Positions 18,160 through 24,000 of a stretch of 24,000 bases of DNA are shown here, piece after piece. The stretch spans positions 2,977,782-3,001,781 of the forward strand of contig OZ244967.1 of assembly GCA_965222695.1 (NCBI GenBank), in the 5' to 3' direction. The notes beneath the pieces are model-generated. The model was given only the letters and a program-made list of their open reading frames with translations, was not told the DNA's origin and made no database searches. Within the stretch, counting starts at the first letter, position 1; the number at the start of each line of letters is the position of its first letter. The stretch is from Granulosicoccaceae bacterium (GTDB lineage Bacteria > Pseudomonadota > Gammaproteobacteria > Granulosicoccales > Granulosicoccaceae). A program made the translations under genes and the position numbers.

Positions 18160-19137
18160 TTAGAGCACTTTGTCCAGGCCTTTGAACTTGAAGTTCAACG
18201 AATTCGTCGGGCAGATATCAACACACAGTCCGCACCGTGTGCAGTCAGCACCTATATCCACATTGACATCTCCGGCCTTACCCCTGATTGTCATGTCCAG
18301 CACATGCGGTACCAGGCAGGCTTTCCGGCAATCGCCTTCATGATGGCATTGTTCAGCGTTGTAGCTGACCCGAACCGGGGAAATGGTCCCGACAAAACCG
18401 TAAGTCATACCTATGGGGCAGACATAGCGGCACCAAGCCCGCCGTGATACGAAGATTTCGAACAACAGTAGCAAAGCAACCCAGATCAGTGCCAGTCCGG
18501 GACCATAGATCAATGCCCGACTGACTATACCCGTTGGAGACAGGGTTTCAAAAACCGTGTAACCTGTCAACAAGGCGAGAAATGCGAAAATCACGAAAAA
18601 TACAGTTCTAACCCCGCGATGAAAGCTTAGGTTTTTGATTATTTTTCTTTTTACCAAGGCCAGGTGAACGAATTCCGCCCACTCGGAGAGTAAATGGTAA
18701 GGACATGTCCAGGAGCAAAAACTTCTGCCTCCTGCAATCCACCAGAGCAAAAATACTGTCACTGTTCCGATTAAGAGGTTCAGCACCATCTGCTTGAAGG
18801 CCAGTGAGATTTGCAAGGCGGAGTTCAAATCGGCCAAGTGAAACCCCACCACACGCGATGCGGTTAAAGCGCCCTCGACCAGCTGAACATCAAAATAATA
18901 GGAAACCACAAACAGCAAATTTATAACGATCAGCGTTGCCCAGCGACGATTTCGCCACTTGTGATAACCTTTTTTTGCTGCATGTTCCGCCTGTGCTTTT
19001 TCAAGTTGCTCGCGGGTCAGCTTGTGCAGTCTTTTTCGGTCATAGACTTCAATCACTGCGGGAGACATCTGCTCTTTGCCGGGTCGGTTGGGCTTGCGTC
19101 CGATGAGTTGCGACAGTGATTCCAGAATATAGCCCAT
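18160..19137 (-). CDS. nosH: NapH/NosH-type 4Fe-4S membrane ferredoxin
   Basis: FCSWTCPYHLLSEWAE, CRYVCPIGM, CTRCGLCVDICPTNS, multiple TM segments; follows nosG. Confidence 0.88.
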   Translation of the reverse strand: MGYILESLSQLIGRKPNRPGKEQMSPAVIEVYDRKRLHKLTREQLEKAQAEHAAKKGYHKWRNRRWATLIVINLLFVVSYYFDVQLVEGALTASRVVGFHLADLNSALQISLAFKQMVLNLLIGTVTVFLLWWIAGGRSFCSWTCPYHLLSEWAEFVHLALVKRKIIKNLSFHRGVRTVFFVIFAFLALLTGYTVFETLSPTGIVSRALIYGPGLALIWVALLLLFEIFVSRRAWCRYVCPIGMTYGFVGTISPVRVSYNAEQCHHEGDCRKACLVPHVLDMTIRGKAGDVNVDIGADCTRCGLCVDICPTNSLNFKFKGLDKVL

Positions 19138-19142
19138 AGCCG

Positions 19143-19967
19143 TTACACCGAATCCGCTGTTTTATCTATATCGATAACCAGGCTTGCAGGCTCGGCCGGG
19201 CAAATCATCTCGCAGACGCCGCATCCGACGCAACCATCCAGAATCACCGGTTTCATCCGGACTTTTCCGTCACTACCCGGAATTTCCTGCAGTTCAATCG
19301 CATGCTTCGGAGGGCACTGGTTGGGGTCGTTCGAAGGCGGCTTACCTACGTCACACTGGCTGATGCGGATTTCAATCGGACAAGTACGAACACATAAATC
19401 ACAGATGTCAAGATCAAATGTCTGGCTTGAGACGGGCAGAGGATTCCATCGGTCCACTTTATCGAACCGAAGTTTACCTTCAAACGACTCTCCTCTCACA
19501 ATACCTTTAAAACCCTGCCCCTGCATCGCCAGGCAGGTTTCCGGCTTATCCAGTCTTGCAAATCCCATCCGGGCTTCCGAGGGATAATTGATTTCATGGG
19601 TCAAGGCCCCGGTCGGACAGGCAAGTACACACTGCAAGCCATCACAGGAAAAATCACATGCCTGATCCCTGGCTTGTATAAAGGGTGTACCAATACCGAA
19701 GCCGTCCAGTAAATCAGCCAAATGAATAGCCTCAACCGGGCATACCTGAACACATTGCCCGCATTTGATACAGGAGGACAGAAAATCATGTTCCTCCAAA
19801 GCCCCGGGTGGCCGTAGACGAGCTGCCTTGCCGTTGACTACGGGAACTATACCCAGCATGGATGTGCCGACCACACCCGCGAGCAAAAAACCGCTGCGGA
19901 TAAACTCGCGACGCTCTTTCTGTTTCCGCGGTGTCGATCTCTTTCGATTTGTTTTCGCCGGGCTCAT
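19143..19967 (-). CDS. nosG: NapG/NosG-type periplasmic 4Fe-4S ferredoxin
   Basis: Tat-like ERREFIRSGFLLAGVVG; CIKCGQCVQVCPVEA, CVLACPTGA, CDLCVRTCPIE, CVGCGVCEMICPAEP clusters. Confidence 0.88.
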   Translation of the reverse strand: MSPAKTNRKRSTPRKQKERREFIRSGFLLAGVVGTSMLGIVPVVNGKAARLRPPGALEEHDFLSSCIKCGQCVQVCPVEAIHLADLLDGFGIGTPFIQARDQACDFSCDGLQCVLACPTGALTHEINYPSEARMGFARLDKPETCLAMQGQGFKGIVRGESFEGKLRFDKVDRWNPLPVSSQTFDLDICDLCVRTCPIEIRISQCDVGKPPSNDPNQCPPKHAIELQEIPGSDGKVRMKPVILDGCVGCGVCEMICPAEPASLVIDIDKTADSV

Positions 19968-19972
19968 TGGTG

Positions 19973-21202
19973 TCAGTGCTCCGAAATCACAGGCTTGATG
20001 TCTTCCACCAGCAAACTCGGCTCCGAAAACGGTGCCAGCCGTTCCAAAAAATCCAAGGTTTCCAACATGGGGGAACCTTTGAAAAACTGCGCATACGGCA
20101 GATCGGTCCAGATTCGGTCAGCATAAGCATATAAACTGTAAGGTTTATCCCCTATTCCGTCCTTATCCAAATCAAACCCTTCGTAGTCACTCCAATAATT
20201 TCCCTCCCACAGATTGCGGTTAGCTGTTTTGCCTCCGGAAACCACGATCTGAGTCAGATTTCCGGAAAAGCGGTTCTGCCTGAATTCATTTCCAGTCCAG
20301 TCGTTGAGAAAACGTACACCTATGCCATTAAAAGCTACCGTGTTATTACTAAAGCTGTTAATCGTATCGGGCTCGAAAGGGGATACGTCGATATACAGGC
20401 CTGTTGCACAATAGAGTATCCGGTTATCTTCTATGGTGAGATCTGAGGTTTCTTTGAACCCGATTCCGACTCCGGTAGGGCCCGATGCGTGCGCGATGTG
20501 ATTGTTTCTGACCACCACGCCGTCGCTATACATTAAAAATATGCCGACAGTATTGTTAAAATAACTATTGTCCTCGACGATATTAAATCGCGAATACATA
20601 AAATGCAGCGAATAACGGCTGTCTGAAGTTGTATTATTCTTGATAATATTGTCCGCCGAATACCAAACCACCATATCGCGGACATTCTTAATACGATTAC
20701 CGGTAATTTTATTATTGAAACTGTACCAAAGCCGGACTGAATCTCCGCGCTGGCCAAGATCATGATCCTTGGAGCTAATAGTATTGCGACGAACGACGTT
20801 ATACTCGGACTGCTGCAAATCGATACCAAACAGACAGTCATCAATGATATTGTCCTTGATAACATTGAAGTTGCCGCGTACCTGTACACCGGCATTGATA
20901 TCGTTATGGGAGCTTCCCGAACCCGTTAACCGGAGATTTTTAACGGTAGCGCCGTCGGTTTCCAGGTAGACGACCGAACCTTTCCCGCCAGCGTCAATGG
21001 TGGCATGGCCCTGGCCATCAAGAGTGATCGGCTTATCGACCGTCACCGGGCCTGCGTAAACACCGGCCTCAAGTAACAAGGTTTCGCCTTCTTTCGCATG
21101 ATCAATAAGAGACTGTAGTTCGAGTAAGGGTCTTGCGAACAATCCGTCCGGCAAAAGCGCAGCGCTTAATACGAAATAAATAGTCGCCAAGACCCGGTTC
21201 AT
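19973..21202 (-). CDS. nosD: Nitrous oxide reductase maturation beta-helix protein NosD
   Basis: Right-handed beta-helix repeats (NVIKDNIIDDCLFGIDLQQSEYNVVRRN..., VRDMVVWYSADNIIKNN, SLHFMYSRFNIVEDN), C-terminal GNYWSDYEGFDLDKDGIGDKPY. Confidence 0.93.
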   Translation of the reverse strand: MNRVLATIYFVLSAALLPDGLFARPLLELQSLIDHAKEGETLLLEAGVYAGPVTVDKPITLDGQGHATIDAGGKGSVVYLETDGATVKNLRLTGSGSSHNDINAGVQVRGNFNVIKDNIIDDCLFGIDLQQSEYNVVRRNTISSKDHDLGQRGDSVRLWYSFNNKITGNRIKNVRDMVVWYSADNIIKNNTTSDSRYSLHFMYSRFNIVEDNSYFNNTVGIFLMYSDGVVVRNNHIAHASGPTGVGIGFKETSDLTIEDNRILYCATGLYIDVSPFEPDTINSFSNNTVAFNGIGVRFLNDWTGNEFRQNRFSGNLTQIVVSGGKTANRNLWEGNYWSDYEGFDLDKDGIGDKPYSLYAYADRIWTDLPYAQFFKGSPMLETLDFLERLAPFSEPSLLVEDIKPVISEH

Positions 21203-22383
21203 TCGACCTGCCCGGATACCATGTCACGCAGTTGTTTTCGCCGCAGCAACGCGGCTACAGCCAGCACTGCGCTGAACAATAACATCAAGCCAAATCCGAT
21301 GTAGGGATAGGAATGGGTAGTGAACTGGGCGACTTTTCCGTCCCCGAACACAGTGGGCATAAAGGGCTTGACAGTAAAAGCGCCCATCTCATTCAGACTG
21401 TGCCCATACCACCAAAGCCACGCTGAGTACTCTACGATAAAAAAAACAGGCAAGGCCATGGGTACTAATACAAGCAGCCAAAAAAGCAAGCCGTTATTCT
21501 TTCTCGCACCAATAATCAACAATACCATGGCGGCAAGGAGTGCCCAGAATACGATATGCCCGGCAAACGACATTTTGGACACCATAGGTTTGATTTCCGC
21601 CGGATTGTTAAAGTATCGGCCGAGATTTTTCTCGTAATGCCAGGAAAGCATTTGGGATCCACTGCCGTCCCACTCGATTCTCTCAGGGGCGGATCGGCGC
21701 TCCTGATCCTTTTCGAATGTCGCTCTCAAATGTGCGATCTGATCCGCCTTCTCATCATCTGAGGGTTCTGTCTGGTTTGTTTTCTCCTCACCTGCAGCCA
21801 TCGATGCCTTCAATCTCGCGATCAGGGCTTCGGACGCCGTCATGTTCGAGTCTGCCGACTCTCTTTCCGTATCCTGATCCAAGGCGGTGACCAAAGCGTG
21901 CAGATAACCGGCGTTCTGATACTTCAGACCTCCCTCGACGTAGTAAGCCATGGCCATCCAGACCGCAATCAGGGAAAATCCGCCACCGAGTATCAGCATT
22001 CTTAACCCTGGCCTGAAACAAGCAAATCCGATCACCATCACTGCCAGCAGCGAGACAAGAAATGGAGAGAACGCCTTTTCTATCACACCTCCTGCTGCAA
22101 TGGGGTACATGCCCACATAGTGATTGATGGTGTCCATTTCGTGGACGCAATCCAAGGCTTCTTCTTCGGTGATCTCTTCCTTCTCGATTTTCCTGCAACC
22201 GTTGAAGACACCATTCATGTGGAAATGAATCCTGACTCCATCGGGAAAAGCTTCCTCCGGATAATTAGGCGCCGTCAGGGAAACCCACCAGATAGGCGAG
22301 TAATAAATGGCGAGCAATAAGCCTACTGCGGCAAGCGATAAGAGCATGATAAGAATTTGCTTCTTTTTGGCAGCGGGATTCAT
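21199..22383 (-). CDS. NosB-like polytopic membrane protein of nos locus
   Basis: YYSPIWWVSLTAPNYPE...RIHFHMNGV, CVHEMDTINHYVGMYPI, multiple TMs; position next to nosD; 4-bp overlap with nosD. Assignment partly from synteny. Confidence 0.65.
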   Translation of the reverse strand: MNPAAKKKQILIMLLSLAAVGLLLAIYYSPIWWVSLTAPNYPEEAFPDGVRIHFHMNGVFNGCRKIEKEEITEEEALDCVHEMDTINHYVGMYPIAAGGVIEKAFSPFLVSLLAVMVIGFACFRPGLRMLILGGGFSLIAVWMAMAYYVEGGLKYQNAGYLHALVTALDQDTERESADSNMTASEALIARLKASMAAGEEKTNQTEPSDDEKADQIAHLRATFEKDQERRSAPERIEWDGSGSQMLSWHYEKNLGRYFNNPAEIKPMVSKMSFAGHIVFWALLAAMVLLIIGARKNNGLLFWLLVLVPMALPVFFIVEYSAWLWWYGHSLNEMGAFTVKPFMPTVFGDGKVAQFTTHSYPYIGFGLMLLFSAVLAVAALLRRKQLRDMVSGQVE

Positions 22384-22502
22384 ATTACGACAACCTTGTA
22401 TTTCTGGGGAATATATCTATTTGCTTCAACGAAGCGCAAGAAGCCACGCCAGGCACCAGAATCAGAATCTTATCGACGCCTTTCCCGCAAGTTCCCGGCA
22501 TA

Positions 22503-22543
22503 AAAGCAAAAATCCCGGACCAATCCTTAATGACTGGCCCGGG
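22503..22543 (-). terminator. Intrinsic terminator downstream of diheme cytochrome gene
   Basis: Hairpin CCCGGACCAATC cttaat GACTGGCCCGGG (22514-22543; 10/12 paired). On the minus strand it is followed by ATTTTTGCTTTTA; about 15 nt past the stop at 22558. Confidence 0.8.
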
Positions 22544-22557
22544 AGACGTGCTGATGA

Positions 22558-23271
22558 TTAATCGAAATCCGGATTCAACCAGTCAGCAGATGGAGCCAAA
22601 TCGTCTTTGGGTACAGGAATGCGGGAGGTATAATTGATTACAGCCTTCATATCATCGTCGGAAAATCCGTTAATCTGTTCTACCATATCTGGATTAGCGT
22701 TACGGCGCTTGCCGTCGCGTATCCATTCAAACTGCCTTAGCATATAGTTGTAATGCTGACCAGCCAGGCGAGGGTAAAACTTTTCCTTGCTGCCTTCTCC
22801 GGCCTCACCATGACACTCTACGCAATTGTCGGCATAAAGCTGTTTTCCTTTTTCAAATTCCGGTGACCCTTCCTCATACGGGCCCTTGCCGTTTTCCGGA
22901 TTCATCGGCAGTTTTTCGATATAGGCAGTGACATCTGCAATGGCTTGCGCGCCGCCGATAGATTCCGGCAGGGCGAAAGGATACATCGTAGGATTGTCCC
23001 GATTCAACGCCCTGATATCGGACAGCTGCTTAATCAGAACCTCCTTGTGCTGGCCCGCCAATTGTGGAAATGTCCCATCGATCATTCCCCACCCTTCGGT
23101 CAGATGACAAGCCGCGCAAACCTCAAAGACGTCGATTCCATTCTCAAGGTCAGGTTCCAACAGCATGGCTTCTTCCTGCTCACCTCCGCCTTCATTCCAG
23201 GCAATGGCGTTACCGAACCCCAACGCACTGCACATCAGAATCAATACACTCGTCTGTTTTATCGTGACCAA
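22558..23271 (-). CDS. Diheme c-type cytochrome (cytochrome c4/c553-like)
   Basis: Signal peptide; two heme motifs CAACH and CVECH with FPQLAGQH and YPRLAGQH repeats. Confidence 0.9.
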   Translation of the reverse strand: MVTIKQTSVLILMCSALGFGNAIAWNEGGGEQEEAMLLEPDLENGIDVFEVCAACHLTEGWGMIDGTFPQLAGQHKEVLIKQLSDIRALNRDNPTMYPFALPESIGGAQAIADVTAYIEKLPMNPENGKGPYEEGSPEFEKGKQLYADNCVECHGEAGEGSKEKFYPRLAGQHYNYMLRQFEWIRDGKRRNANPDMVEQINGFSDDDMKAVINYTSRIPVPKDDLAPSADWLNPDFD

Positions 23272-23345
23272 AGTCGTTCTCCCGACCGAATCTGTACTTG
23301 CGAATAATTGTCCGCTAGTAGACTACAGCGACACCGGTTAAATCG

Positions 23346-23359
23346 TTGATTTAGATCAA
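23346..23359. promoter_or_regulatory. FNR/ANR/DNR-type binding site
   Basis: Perfect consensus palindrome TTGAT-TTAG-ATCAA centred about 81.5 bp upstream of the start at 23271. Confidence 0.8.
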
Positions 23360-23417
23360 GACCATAGATGAGAGACTATGCACCGAGAGTGGAAACAAGG
23401 CCTTCAGAGAGACGGAT

Positions 23418-23454
23418 TCCGCCCCTTGTTCAATCGCTTGAATTAAGGGGCGGA
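23418..23454. other. Stable hairpin between the two cytochrome genes
   Basis: TCCGCCCCTT (23418-23427) perfectly complementary to AAGGGGCGGA (23445-23454); the loop contains an inner TTCAA/TTGAA stem; no T-tract. Confidence 0.7.
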
Positions 23455-23470
23455 TATCAAATATAAACGC

Positions 23471-23791
23471 TTACTGTTCAGCCAGCCACTTTGCGATAGC
23501 ATCAATTTCTTCCTCAGAGACCAAATGCATCACGCCTTTCATCGCTGCGCTCATGCCGTTACTTCTGGCACCGCTTTTTATATCCTTCATCTGTTGAATG
23601 GTGTATTCGAGATTCTGTCCGGCAACTTTCGGATAAGTCGGCATAATGGGGGTATTTCCATCAGCGCCGTGGCAGGCAATACAGGTTTTGGATTTATACA
23701 ATTCGGCCCCATCGGCCGCCATCAGCGGATCAGTTGCAGCAAGCCCGGCAGACAATAGTGCAATAGATGCGAGTTGAAATAACTTTTTCAT
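23471..23791 (-). CDS. Small monoheme c-type cytochrome
   Basis: MKKLFQLASIALLSAGLAATDPLMAADGAELYKSKTCIACHGADGNT...YPKVAGQ...EEIDAIAKWLAEQ. The better start is the Met at 23791 (GAGGAA upstream), not 23845. Confidence 0.88.
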   Translation of the reverse strand: MKKLFQLASIALLSAGLAATDPLMAADGAELYKSKTCIACHGADGNTPIMPTYPKVAGQNLEYTIQQMKDIKSGARSNGMSAAMKGVMHLVSEEEIDAIAKWLAEQ

Positions 23792-23860
23792 ATATGATTC
23801 CTCAGTGTTAAGTGGGATTGTTACAGCCGTTAATAACATCCTCAAACATTAATGATATCC

Positions 23861-23901
23861 GGAAAAAGATAAAGGGAGCGCAACAAAACGTTGCGACTCC
23901 C
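23861..23901 (-). terminator. Intrinsic terminator of the gene entering from the right edge
   Basis: GGGAG-CGCAAC aaaa(c) GTTGCG-A-CTCCC hairpin (23874-23901). On the minus strand it is followed by TTTATCTTTTTCC. Confidence 0.8.
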
Positions 23902-23925
23902 GCATGACTAAGCCCGCTCAAAGGC

Positions 23926-24000
23926 TTATTTCACTTTCTTGGCACCGTTTTCTTCCAGATAGGTTTTAGCCCGCAGTCCTAGGTCTGCAGTCTTAACCTG
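23926..24000 (-). CDS. C-terminus of an unidentified protein, truncated by right edge (possibly NosZ from synteny only)
   Basis: Open frame ...QVKTADLGLRAKTYLEENGAKKVK* ending at 23926, followed by a good terminator. Only 24 residues are visible. Confidence 0.4.
   Translation of the reverse strand, partial: QVKTADLGLRAKTYLEENGAKKVK

Noticed and set aside
1-24000. CRISPR arrays, tRNA/rRNA genes, phage or defence islands
   Set aside because: No regularly spaced direct repeats, no recognisable RNA genes and no nuclease/toxin/phage genes were seen by eye on either strand; a formal scan (tRNAscan-SE, minced, PADLOC) was not possible.

Overview
The window looks like gammaproteobacterial chromosome with mostly minus-strand, densely packed genes. 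From left to right it contains: (i) the 5' part of an acyl-CoA synthetase gene running off the left edge (absent from the ORF track), followed by a striking near-perfect 33-bp inverted repeat and a ComEA-like helix-hairpin-helix protein; (ii) a three-gene signalling module (OmpR-type response regulator, LysM+FecR-domain protein, CHASE2-PAS-histidine kinase); (iii) deoxynucleoside kinase, folK, pcnB and an hslR-like S4 protein; (iv) an arsenosugar-type set (TIGR04282-like and TIGR04283-like proteins, ArsS-like radical SAM protein) next to a sterol desaturase/fatty-acid hydroxylase family protein; (v) plus-strand ycgL and a UbiE/MenG-like methyltransferase; (vi) a long minus-strand nitrous-oxide-reductase accessory locus (two c-type cytochrome genes, NosB-like, nosD, nosG, nosH, nosF, NosL-like, nosY) that runs on into a BASS-family transporter and a UbiA/MenA-family prenyltransferase. 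The last of these overlaps the 3' end of the UbiE-like gene antisense. A perfect FNR/DNR-type palindrome (TTGAT-N4-ATCAA) lies upstream of the diheme cytochrome gene. Two convincing intrinsic terminators partition the nos locus. No tRNA, rRNA, CRISPR array, phage or transposase was recognised. The best candidates for something under-described are the CHASE2/FecR-LysM/RR module, the nos locus extended by BASS and prenyltransferase genes, and the long inverted repeat at 753-842.
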